A stretch of DNA of 24,265 bases from the IMG/VR virus record IMGVR_UViG_3300030095_003804, positions 1 to 24,265 of that record; one strand, given 5' to 3'. The notes beneath the pieces are model-generated. The model was not told the origin of the DNA, ran no database searches, and saw only the letters and a program-made list of their open reading frames with translations. Below, in pieces: positions 1-8,700 of this stretch (positions are counted from its first letter, which is position 1; every line of letters starts with the position of its first letter). The DNA is from a virus (Duplodnaviria; Caudoviricetes). Position numbers and translations under genes: made by a program.

Positions 1-68
1 ACTGAAAACAACCATAATCCAAATAATTTTTTTAATAATTTTAAAAAGTTTTTTATTTTATTTTTCAT
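1..68 (-). CDS. Partial gene (N-terminus only, runs off the window): MKNKIKNFLKLLKKLFGLWLFS...; basic N-terminus followed by hydrophobic residues
   Basis: Hand translation. ATG at 68 is preceded by AAGGA and lies just downstream of the ArdC-like stop codon. Confidence 0.6.
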   Translation of the reverse strand, partial: MKNKIKNFLKLLKKLFGLWLFS

Positions 69-85
69 TTTTTTAATTCCTTTTA

Positions 86-1084
86 TTAATTAGTTAATTG
101 TTTTTTTATTTTTTCTTTAGTTTCTGAAGTAATAATTTTATTTAATTTAATATCAATTTTTTCTGTAATAAATTGAGATGATTTTTTAGCCAATTGAAAA
201 GCTTGATAAATACTTTTCTTTTTATCTTTACAAGATTTTAACCAACTCTGAATATATGCCGTATGGTTTTCTCGTGGGAATAATTCAACACCATAATATA
301 TAGATAAAAATACACTAGTAATTTCTGCTACCAATTCCTCGTTTGAATATGGTAATTTTAATTTTTCCCTATTTGTTCTTTTTTCTGTCTTTGTCCAATG
401 GGCTAACTCATGAAATAAAACTGATGTATAATCTGAATTAGAATTGAATTGGTTTTTTTCAATCATTGTAATTTGATCATGTAAAGGTGAATAAAAACAA
501 CCTCCACTTTTTTCATGATTTACAATGGCAAGATTATAAATAATATTTTGTATTTCTGTATAATCTTGATCAGTATTTATTAATGATTCTTTTTCTTTTT
601 TAATAAATTTATTTATATATTTATCCAAAGTTTTTTGATCATTCATAATTGTTGTTTGTTGTATATTAAAAACATTACTTTTTTTTTGTATAAATAATTT
701 AATATATAAAACCCCATTTTTTAAATAAGTATTAGAAATAGTCTTATATTTTTTATGTTTTGATTCATTATAAACTTGTTCCTTAACTTCATAATATCCA
801 ATTAATGTAGACTTCGAACCTTTTAAAATTTTAAACTTTAAATCTTTTGCTTGATTAAAAGTTAGCCAAAATGGGTATTTATATGCATTTTGCATTCTTG
901 AACCAAATAACAAAAATGTATTAAAACCATTATAAGGTTTTTTTGAAATGATATTTAAATCTTGAGTCGTTGAATTTTCTACCCAATTTTTAGACCATTT
1001 TAAACCGTGTTTTTTTAATTGAATTTCTAAAGTATCTGCAACACTATTGAAAATTTGATCTTTAATTGAAATTTTGTTTTTCAT
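86..1084 (-). CDS. ardC: ArdC-like antirestriction protein (N-terminal ssDNA-binding domain plus zincin-like metallopeptidase domain)
   Basis: N-terminal 'N..SKKPYNGFN..LL', 'WLTFNQAKDL...ILKGSKS', 'NVFNIQQT'. C-terminal 'FYSPLHDQITM', 'HELAHWT', 'YSNEELVAE', 'HTAYIQSWL'. Start placed at the second Met (1084) because GGAG lies just upstream. Confidence 0.85.
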   Translation of the reverse strand: MKNKISIKDQIFNSVADTLEIQLKKHGLKWSKNWVENSTTQDLNIISKKPYNGFNTFLLFGSRMQNAYKYPFWLTFNQAKDLKFKILKGSKSTLIGYYEVKEQVYNESKHKKYKTISNTYLKNGVLYIKLFIQKKSNVFNIQQTTIMNDQKTLDKYINKFIKKEKESLINTDQDYTEIQNIIYNLAIVNHEKSGGCFYSPLHDQITMIEKNQFNSNSDYTSVLFHELAHWTKTEKRTNREKLKLPYSNEELVAEITSVFLSIYYGVELFPRENHTAYIQSWLKSCKDKKKSIYQAFQLAKKSSQFITEKIDIKLNKIITSETKEKIKKQLTN

Positions 1085-1108
1085 TTTTTTAGTCTCCATT
1101 TTTTAGGG

Positions 1109-1342
1109 TTATATTTTTTCTAAAATTTTCATTAACTTTGATGTAAATTCATATTGATAATTTGCTACACTATTAGAAAATTCTGAATTCTCGAATTCAT
1201 ATTCTAGTTCTTGAATTGTTTCATCTTCTATTTCATCGCAAATTATTGAAACCATATCACCGATTTTTTCATCTAATGAACAAGCTAATTCTATAATTTC
1301 ATTTAGTTCTTTTTTTAGTTCTTTTTTGTTTTCAAATTCCAT
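1109..1342 (-). CDS. Small acidic protein (77 aa; 21 D/E vs 8 K, 0 R); first gene of the leftward cassette
   Basis: ORF with GGAG RBS (mRNA AAAAUGGAGAUAAUCAAUUAUG); composition counted by hand. Confidence 0.8.
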   Translation of the reverse strand: MEFENKKELKKELNEIIELACSLDEKIGDMVSIICDEIEDETIQELEYEFENSEFSNSVANYQYEFTSKLMKILEKI

Positions 1343-1385
1343 AATTGATTATCTCCATTTTTTATTATTATTATTAACTATATTT

Positions 1386-1413
1386 AGTATAAAGCAATCA
1401 ATCTTTAGTTCAA
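1386..1413 (-). promoter_or_regulatory. Putative sigma70 promoter for the leftward cassette
   Basis: Minus strand TTGAAC (1413-1408) - 16 nt - TATACT (1391-1386), about 45 nt upstream of ATG 1342; AT-rich background weakens the call. Confidence 0.5.
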
Positions 1414-1612
1414 GAATTAATATATTATTTTTGAGATAAATATTTGAAATTATTATTAAATAGATTTTATTAAGGTTTTTAAATACAGTATTGAATCAAC
1501 TATCATCTAAAAGAAAAACAAAATATATATAATATTTTAATTAAATGATTGATAAGAAAGTATTTTAATATTTATTTACAATTAATTTTTAAGGTACTCC
1601 GACTGGTTTTTA

Positions 1613-1663
1613 TACATAAAAAAAATGTACAATAAATTAAACTACACAAAAAAAATGTACAAT
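1613..1663. repeat. 21-bp direct repeat x2, 30-bp period
   Basis: TACATAAAAAAAATGTACAAT (1613-1633) and TACACAAAAAAAATGTACAAT (1643-1663), 1 mismatch. Confidence 0.9.
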
Positions 1664-1675
1664 CCAGGAATTTAG

Positions 1676-1733
1676 TTTAGAATGATTCTAAATTAGATAG
1701 ATAAGAATGAAACTTAGAATTATTCTAAATTAG
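1676..1733. promoter_or_regulatory. Two tandem 17-bp palindromic operators matching the Irr iron control element (ICE)
   Basis: TTTAGAATGATTCTAAA (1676-1692) and CTTAGAATTATTCTAAA (1713-1729), both followed by TTAG, 37-bp period. ICE consensus is TTTRGAAYNRTTCYAAA. Confidence 0.65.
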
Positions 1734-1868
1734 GTAGGGGGGGTTCGCATTTAATAAGGGGGGAGGAAAAAACAGACCTTTTGCCTGGCTTGTATAGTAT
1801 CTACACCACACATAAAATTATCAGCCTTTTCAAAATAGGCCCCTTTGTTTTATTTCTAGGGTACCCAT

Positions 1869-2465
1869 CTACTTACGAAAAACACCAATCATAAACTTAC
1901 CATCTTGTCCGGGTCGGACCTCACCGTAATCCCCACGAGTCTGACAAAAGAAATCTAAATCTGTAAACCCAGCATCACATGCAAAGTCTGAGAACTCATC
2001 AGGATCATAATGTTTAAAGTGAAACTCATTAACTGGTGGTTGTTTGTGTGGTCGTACCCATTCGTTCGGTGAACTACAGATGAACGTGTTTGATTTCTCG
2101 GCAGCTAACTCAAATACTTTTGGAACCAGCTTTGGTGGTATGTGTTCGATAAACTCAAACGACACAACAGCATCGTAACTTTTCTTGAGTCGGTTCTTGT
2201 CGAGATTAGTAAAATCGGAAACGATGTAGTCAATACAAGGAGCTGTGAAGTTGTAGGCCTCTTGAAAAACTTCATAGGCTTCTGCTGATTTGTCGATACA
2301 ATCAATCTGTGCATCCAAAAGATTGTGCATGACTACAGAGCCATACCCAATACCACATCCTATATCTAAAACATTTGAAGCACTCTTTATGGTTTTACAG
2401 GCAAAGTTATATCGATTTAAATGATCACTACGAATATTATTCGGATCCATAATTCTTTCTACCAT
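1869..2465 (-). CDS. Class I SAM-dependent methyltransferase (small-molecule/glycan type)
   Basis: 'HLNRYNFA', motif I 'VLDIGCGIGYGS', 'YDAVVSFEFIEHI', 'SSPN', 'NEFHFKHY'. Confidence 0.88.
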   Translation of the reverse strand: MVERIMDPNNIRSDHLNRYNFACKTIKSASNVLDIGCGIGYGSVVMHNLLDAQIDCIDKSAEAYEVFQEAYNFTAPCIDYIVSDFTNLDKNRLKKSYDAVVSFEFIEHIPPKLVPKVFELAAEKSNTFICSSPNEWVRPHKQPPVNEFHFKHYDPDEFSDFACDAGFTDLDFFCQTRGDYGEVRPGQDGKFMIGVFRK

Positions 2466-2466
2466 T

Positions 2467-3066
2467 TTATTTCTCCACGACTACGGTGCATCCTTGTTTC
2501 CAAGAACGAGCTAAAGGTTTAACAATTCTGTTATATTTTTTACACCATTCAACTAAAGCTTTCCATTCACCTTCTTGCCAATTAGGATAATGAGCAATCG
2601 GTGAGGTTAACAAATCATCAAACCGTATTAACGTGCCGGCTACAATTTGATCATTCAGTTCATCAAAGATTGTTTTTGTAGAACTATACAAATCACAATC
2701 AATATTGATAAAAGAAATATGACCACGATGGTCTTTCTTCCATCCGGGTATGGTTTTAGTAAACCACCCCTCATATAAATTTACGTTATTTCGTACATTC
2801 GGTAATTCTTTTAAACTAAAGAAACCTTTCTCAATAACTTTGTGACCCATGAACCATTGTTCAGGTAATCCATCAAAGCTATCAAATCCATGAAATGTAA
2901 TTTGTGGTTTACGATGAGCCATGTAGTTTATTGACTTACCTTCAAAGACACCAAACTCTAAATAGTATCCATTTTTATTTTGTATATTATCTAAACAAAA
3001 ATCGTATTCCATAACTCTATGATCAAGAAGTACCATAGGAGTATATAAAAATTTATCTACATCCAT
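2467..3066 (-). CDS. TylF/MycF/NovP-like sugar O-methyltransferase
   Basis: 'YLEFGVFEGKS', 'FHGFDSFDGLPE', 'GWFTKTIP', 'ISFINIDCDLYSST', 'IRFDD' are hallmark TylF-family motifs. Confidence 0.85.
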   Translation of the reverse strand: MDVDKFLYTPMVLLDHRVMEYDFCLDNIQNKNGYYLEFGVFEGKSINYMAHRKPQITFHGFDSFDGLPEQWFMGHKVIEKGFFSLKELPNVRNNVNLYEGWFTKTIPGWKKDHRGHISFINIDCDLYSSTKTIFDELNDQIVAGTLIRFDDLLTSPIAHYPNWQEGEWKALVEWCKKYNRIVKPLARSWKQGCTVVVEK

Positions 3067-3072
3067 TTTTCA

Positions 3073-3101
3073 ATAATAAACAAACACTTGCATCATGTCA
3101 A
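3073..3101 (-). promoter_or_regulatory. Sigma70-like promoter giving a probably leaderless TylF-like mRNA
   Basis: Minus strand TTGACA (3101-3096) - 17 nt - TATTAT (3078-3073). ATG at 3066 follows after 6 nt and has no SD. Confidence 0.65.
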
Positions 3102-3116
3102 TTATGTAGATATATT
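3088..3116 (+). promoter_or_regulatory. Sigma70-like rightward promoter overlapping the leftward one
   Basis: TTGCAT (3088-3093) - 17 nt - TATATT (3111-3116). Confidence 0.55.
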
Positions 3117-3121
3117 TATAA

Positions 3122-3248
3122 CCACTGGTAGAATCTGCTTTAGACTTAAATAACTAAAGATTAAAGCCTTTTGATTGTCTCCTTTGGCTGTGATCCCGGT
3201 ACACTAGGAATGAGGGGGTTGGGGTTATTCCCCTCATTCCATTTTATT
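3122..3248 (+). ncRNA. Candidate structured small RNA or attenuator leader upstream of terS
   Basis: Bounded by a promoter and an 11-bp terminator-like hairpin. Internal stems ACTGG/CCGGT, CTTTAG/CTAAAG, AGCC/GGCT; one loop carries the anti-SD UCUCCUUU; no ORF. Confidence 0.4.
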
Positions 3249-3249
3249 T
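3207..3249 (+). terminator. Strong hairpin with a weak U-tail immediately before the terS RBS
   Basis: GGAATGAGGGG (3207-3217) / CCCCTCATTCC (3230-3240), then ATTTTATTT; SD GGAG at 3253-3256. Confidence 0.55.
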
Positions 3250-3261
3250 AACGGAGTTTAT

Positions 3262-3996
3262 ATGTCAAAAAAACCACAACTACCTAGACCTCATATTATT
3301 TATGGCAAAATGACTGAGCCACAGTTAATTCAAGAATTTAAAATATTAACAAAAAACTCAAAACACACAACCGTAGGAAAACCTGGTGAAATAAAAAAAG
3401 AATTAGAAAGAAGAAGATTAAAAAGGTTGTATAGAGTCAATAGAGAGGAATATAATAAACGAATGTTAGAAAAACCTTCACAAGACATTAACAACGAAAA
3501 ACAATCTACTCTTCCTAGAGGCATGACACCTATGCAAGAAAAATTTTGCATGGAGTATGCTGGTACAGGTAATGAGTTAGATGCTTATATCAAAGCTGGT
3601 TTTAAAGAAGATATAAATTTAGCTAAAACAAAAGTACGTGCTAGACAATTATTAAAAAATGAAAAGATACAAGCTAGAATAGAAGAGTATCAACAAGAGG
3701 CTTTAAAAAAAATCGCATGGACTAAGGAAAGAGTTCTTGATAAACTTTCAGAAGTTTACACAGAGTCTCTTAAAGATTCTGATTTTACAAATGCAAATCG
3801 TTCTATGGAAAATATAGCTAAACATCTAGGTATGTTTGTTGATGTTTCTAAAATTGAACAGACAGTTAAGACAACAGGGTTTGAATCAGGAGATAAACGA
3901 AAAGATATACAAAAACTAGCAGATATTGCAGGTTTTAAATTAATTGATGGAGGCAGTAAAACTATTAAAAAAGAAAAAAAGGAAGACAATGGCTAG
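3262..3996 (+). CDS. terS: Terminase small subunit with an N-terminal extension
   Basis: 'MTPMQEKFCMEY..TGN..DAYIKAGF...ARQLLKNEKIQARIEE' HTH pattern and 'AKHLGMFVD'; position before terL. Confidence 0.82.
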   Translation: MSKKPQLPRPHIIYGKMTEPQLIQEFKILTKNSKHTTVGKPGEIKKELERRRLKRLYRVNREEYNKRMLEKPSQDINNEKQSTLPRGMTPMQEKFCMEYAGTGNELDAYIKAGFKEDINLAKTKVRARQLLKNEKIQARIEEYQQEALKKIAWTKERVLDKLSEVYTESLKDSDFTNANRSMENIAKHLGMFVDVSKIEQTVKTTGFESGDKRKDIQKLADIAGFKLIDGGSKTIKKEKKEDNG

Positions 3997-4210
3997 AAAT
4001 TATCGAAAAGAATATGATAAATTTCAATCTTCTACTAAATCTAAGAAAGATAGGGCTCATCGTAACAAAATGAGAAGAAAACTTTCAAAAAAAGGTAGGG
4101 TTAAGAAAGGTGACAAAAAGGATATTGACCATAAAGATGGAAATCCTAGAAATAATTCAAAGAAAAACATAAGAGTTATTAAACGATCTAAAAATCGAGC
4201 TAAAAAATAA
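3989..4210 (+). CDS. Small basic HNH-endonuclease-like protein
   Basis: 'MARNYRKEY...DIDHKDGNPRNNSKKNIRV...NR'. Start at 3989 (AAGGA upstream) overlaps the terS end. Confidence 0.75.
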   Translation: MARNYRKEYDKFQSSTKSKKDRAHRNKMRRKLSKKGRVKKGDKKDIDHKDGNPRNNSKKNIRVIKRSKNRAKK

Positions 4211-4213
4211 AAA

Positions 4214-5743
4214 ATGGAGTTGGATCTCAACGACGACCAGTTAAATTCTCTTAGATTTCATGCTTACGAAAATGTTAGACAGAACTTTTTAAGTTTTGTT
4301 AAAGGATTTGCACCTAAATTAGTAGCTGATTTTAAAATGGGTAGGCATATTGAGGTTATCTCTCAAAAATTACAAGAAATTGAAGAAGGAAAAGTAAAAA
4401 GATTAATGGTTTTTCTACCACCTCGTTCTTCTAAGTCTGTGGTGTGTTCAAAACTATTTCCCGCATGGTATTTAGGAAGACATCCTCAACACGAAATTCT
4501 ATCGGTATCACATAGTGATCAACTTGCTAGTGATTTTGGTCGTGGTGTAAGAGATTTAGTCAGTGATCAAACGTATCAAGATATTTTTGATGTTAAACTA
4601 CGTTCTGATGTTAGGGCTGCAGGTAAATGGCAAACAAACAAAAACGGTGTATATGTAGCAGCAGGTGTTCGTACTCAAATTGCAGGTCGTGGTGCTCATG
4701 TAGCTTTGTTAGATGACGTAATGTCAGAAGAAGATGCTTTTAGTGAGGCAGGTCGTCGATATATTAAAGAATGGTATCCAGCTGGTTTACGAACACGATT
4801 AATGCCTAATGGTTCTATTGTTATTATTAATACTCGTTACCATGAAGATGATTTATGTGGTTGGTTGTTGTCTTCTGAAGGAGATCCAGATTTTTCAGAA
4901 ACATATTCTTGGGAAGTTATAAAAATACCAGCTTGGGTTGATGAGTCTTCTTCTAAACTATTAAATTTACCAATAGGTGGTTCTTATTTTCCTGAATGGA
5001 AACCTGATAAAATTCTTAAACAAGATGAGGCAGAAATACGGAGACACAATGGTTCACGATATTGGGAATCTTTGTACATGCAAAACCCTGTACCTGATGA
5101 GGGTGGTATTTTAAAGAAAGCTTGGTTTAATATGTGGGATGAAACTGAACCTCCTAATTGTGATTTTGTAATTCAAACCATGGATACAGCTTTTTCAACA
5201 AGAAATACAGCAGATTTTAGTGTTATTCAAACATGGGGTATTTTTAATACAGTAGAAACCGATAGTGAGGGAATAGAACACAATGTTGGTAATTTAATTT
5301 TACTCGGTAATTTACGAGGTCGATTTGAATATCCAGAGTTAAGAAGTAATGCTCAAGATGCTTTTGAACAACATAATCCAGATTTAATTATTATAGAAAA
5401 GAAAGCTAGTGGACAAAGTTTGATACAAGATTTACGAAGGGCTGGTCTTCCAATCTTGGAATATACACCAGATCGTGATAAAGTAAGTAGAGCCTATGCA
5501 GCTTCTCCTTTATTAGAGGCAGGCAGAATTTTTTTACCTAAGAAGCCGTGGGCACAAACATTATTTGACGAGGCTATAACGTTTCCAAATGGAGCACATG
5601 ATGATCAAGTTGATTCAATGGTAATGGCTGTTCATTATATGAAAGATTCTTGGCACTTGCAACATCCCCATGATCCGTATTATAGTAGTGAAGATAATAC
5701 TTATAAAAAAAATAAGGCAACCTATTGGAAGGTATCTAAATAA
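4214..5743 (+). CDS. terL: Terminase large subunit
   Basis: Walker A 'PPRSSKS', 'GRGAHVALLDD' Walker B, 'TRYHEDDL', nuclease 'DTAF', 'IEKKASG', 'FPNGAHDDQVDS'. Confidence 0.95.
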   Translation: MELDLNDDQLNSLRFHAYENVRQNFLSFVKGFAPKLVADFKMGRHIEVISQKLQEIEEGKVKRLMVFLPPRSSKSVVCSKLFPAWYLGRHPQHEILSVSHSDQLASDFGRGVRDLVSDQTYQDIFDVKLRSDVRAAGKWQTNKNGVYVAAGVRTQIAGRGAHVALLDDVMSEEDAFSEAGRRYIKEWYPAGLRTRLMPNGSIVIINTRYHEDDLCGWLLSSEGDPDFSETYSWEVIKIPAWVDESSSKLLNLPIGGSYFPEWKPDKILKQDEAEIRRHNGSRYWESLYMQNPVPDEGGILKKAWFNMWDETEPPNCDFVIQTMDTAFSTRNTADFSVIQTWGIFNTVETDSEGIEHNVGNLILLGNLRGRFEYPELRSNAQDAFEQHNPDLIIIEKKASGQSLIQDLRRAGLPILEYTPDRDKVSRAYAASPLLEAGRIFLPKKPWAQTLFDEAITFPNGAHDDQVDSMVMAVHYMKDSWHLQHPHDPYYSSEDNTYKKNKATYWKVSK

Positions 5744-5745
5744 TT

Positions 5746-8700
5746 ATGGCTATTGAAAAAAACCCAAATGACATTACAACACCCTTAGAAAAAACAAGAG
5801 AAAAAATAACAGAGGCTTCAGAGGGTCTTGGTATTGATGTTAAAGTAGATGAAGAACAAGAAGAAGATATGGCAGTGGATGTAGATCCAATTACAGGTGA
5901 AGTTGAAGTTGCTTTAAATGAAGACAGTGGAAAAGTGTTAGCAAGTATTAGTGGAGATTTTTACACAAACTTAGCTGACTTGATGGAAGAAGATGATTTA
6001 GAAGATATTGCTGCAACTATTTTAGATAATTATCAAAGTGACAAAGATTCAAGAGATGAGTGGGAACAGACATTTGAACGTGGGTTTGATTTACTAGGTC
6101 TGAAACTAGAGGAAACAACAGAACCTTTCGACGGTGCCTGCACAGCCACTCACCCTTTAATAATAGAAAATGCAGTTAAGTTTCAATCCAAAGCCAGCCA
6201 AGAACTTTTTCCAGCTAAAGGACCTATAAAAACTCAAATCATTGGTAATCCAACTCCTGAAAAAGAGGCACAAGCTAAACGTGTTAAAGACTTTATGAAT
6301 TATCAAATTACAGATGATATGCCAGAGTATTTTGACGAGTTTGAAAAGATGCTCTTTCATCTACCTTTGATTGGAACAGCCATTAAAAAAGTTTATTACG
6401 ATGAAACATTAGGAAGACCGATATCAGAATTTATTCCAATTGATCAATTCCAAGTTTCTAATTTAGTATCGGATCTTAGACGTGCAGATCGTTATACTCA
6501 TTTAATTTATCGTACAGAAAACGATCTTAAAAAAGAGATTAATGCAGGAATGTATAGAGATGTTGAGTTAGGAGATCCAGACAGAACCAATAGAGGATCA
6601 ATTACATCTAAAGCAGAACAGGTTATGGGACTGTCAGCCTATGATGATAATCCATATGACCCAAGTTATAGTTTATTAGAACAACATGTATATCTTGATT
6701 TACCCGAACCATTTAATAGTCCTAATGGAGAAGCATGGCCGTATATTGTAACCGTTGAACAAACAAGTAGAAAAGTTTTAAGTATTAGACGTAATTGGAA
6801 TGACGGAGATGTTCGATATCTTAAACGTGAACATTTCATTGCTTATAAGTTTGTACCTGGATTTGGATTTTACGGTTTAGGTCTTATACATTTCTTAGGT
6901 AATTTAACAATGTCAGCTACAGCTGCAATGAGAGCCTTAGTTGATGCCGGTCAGTTTGCTAATTTACCCGGAGGTTTTAAAGCTAGGGGTGTAAGAGTTG
7001 TTGGAGATAATACTCCGATAATGCCGGGGGAGTTTCGTGACGTAGAGGCGACAGGACTTGACTTGGGCAAATCCATAGTTCCTCTGCCGTATAAAGAACC
7101 ATCGCAAGTTCTATATCAGATGTTAGGGTACGTAGCCACTGCTGGTCAGAAATTTGCTGACACGACTGACCAAGTTGTTGCTGACTCAACGAATTATGGA
7201 CCGGTTGGCACGACGTTAGCATTATTAGAAGCATCAGGTAAGTTTTTTTCAGCAATTCACAAAAGACTCCACAAGTCTCAAAGAGACGAGTTTAAAATAT
7301 TAGCTAGGATTAACCATGAGTTTTTACCTACAAGTTATCCTTATGACATTATAGGGCAATCTGCTGAGATATTCAAGCAAGATTTTGATGGACGTGTAGA
7401 TGTTATTCCTGTCAGTGATCCAAACATACCATCTAATGCCCATAGATTAGCTCAAAGCCAAATGTTATTACAACTAGCTTCACAATCTCCTCCGGGAACA
7501 TTTAATATGCCAGAGGTAAACAAAGCAATTTTAAATGCAGCTAATGTTGATAATCCAGATCGTTTCTTAATACAACCACAACAAGAAAAACAACAAGATC
7601 CTTTAGCTGATATTATGACAGCTTCTAAAGGTATGCCGATTAAAGCATTTCCGGGACAAGATCACGATTCTCATATTGCAGTTAAAACAGCTTATCTACA
7701 AGATCCATTAAATGGTGCAAATGAAGTTATGAAAATTGTACAACCAGTTCTTATGGCAAACATACGTGAACATATGGTTCTAAGATTCCAAGAACAGATG
7801 GGAGGTATGATGAAAGCCAACGAAGGACAAGTAGATGAAGGGGGTAGTTTGGGTATGATTATGGCCCAAAGTGCACAACAAATTTTAAAAGCTAACCAAC
7901 TTGCAGCCCAAGGTGGTTTAGATAGTATTGAACAACAAAACTTAAATATGCAAAAAGAAGAGTTAAATTTAAGAAGAGAAAAAGGTGTTTTTGATGCTCA
8001 AATGCAACAACAAGAATTTAAATTAAAAGAAAAAGAAGTTGATATTGATGCAATGGTAGAGGCTGCTAAAATTGAAGAAAAGAAAAAAACGGATACAGGA
8101 AATTTAACAGCTAAAGTTGTAATGGATTTGTTAAAAATGATTGATAAGAACGAACCAACAAAAACTCAACAACCTCCTATTGAATTAGCTGGTGGAGGAA
8201 CTCCTGCAGATCAATTTAAACAAGCAGCAGATGTTGCAGCTATGCCAACATCAATGACTCCTCCAACAACACGACAAAATGTCTTGCCTAAGAATTTTTT
8301 AGAACAAGCTTTTGAAGCTCAAGGAATTGACCCTCAACGATCTTTTAGAGAAAAACAACAAGCTAGAGAAGTAGAAAAACCACCAGTTGAAGATATTGCT
8401 ATAGTAGATGATCAAGATGAAGTAGTAGAAACTCAAGATAATAAACTAGCTGAATTAACAACCGAAACAGAAAGAGAAGAAGAAATGACTAGAGAGTTAC
8501 CAGAAAATTTTGGGGAGTTTACTTTTAAACAAGAAATTGGATCAAAAAGTAAACAACCTCATGTTCCTTCAATAAACTCTGGTGTAACAATAGGGCCAGG
8601 TTATGATATGAAAGAAAAATCAAAAGACCAAGTTATAAATGACTTAACCACTTCAGGTGTATCTGAAGATAAAGCTATAAAACTGTCTGAAGGTGCACAA

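Noticed and set aside
1613-1733. Repeats as a mini-CRISPR array
   Set aside because: Only two copies of each of two different repeats, spacers too short (9 and about 17-20 nt), and no cas genes
1733-1766. G-quadruplex from the G7 and G6 tracts
   Set aside because: Only two long G-runs, so an intramolecular three-tier G4 is not well supported; kept only as part of the pac/origin hypothesis
1869-3066. DNA methyltransferases or a restriction-modification system
   Set aside because: No DPPY/NPPY or PC catalytic motifs and no cognate endonuclease; motifs fit small-molecule or sugar methyltransferases
3122-3206. tRNA gene in the terS upstream region
   Set aside because: No T-loop GTTCRA, no 7-bp acceptor stem and no cloverleaf
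3944-3988. Longer N-termini proposed by the ORF track (3944; also 1099, 9044, 10175, 15978)
   Set aside because: Downstream ATGs (3989, 1084, 9056, 10190, 16011) have better RBS or coupling and less overlap
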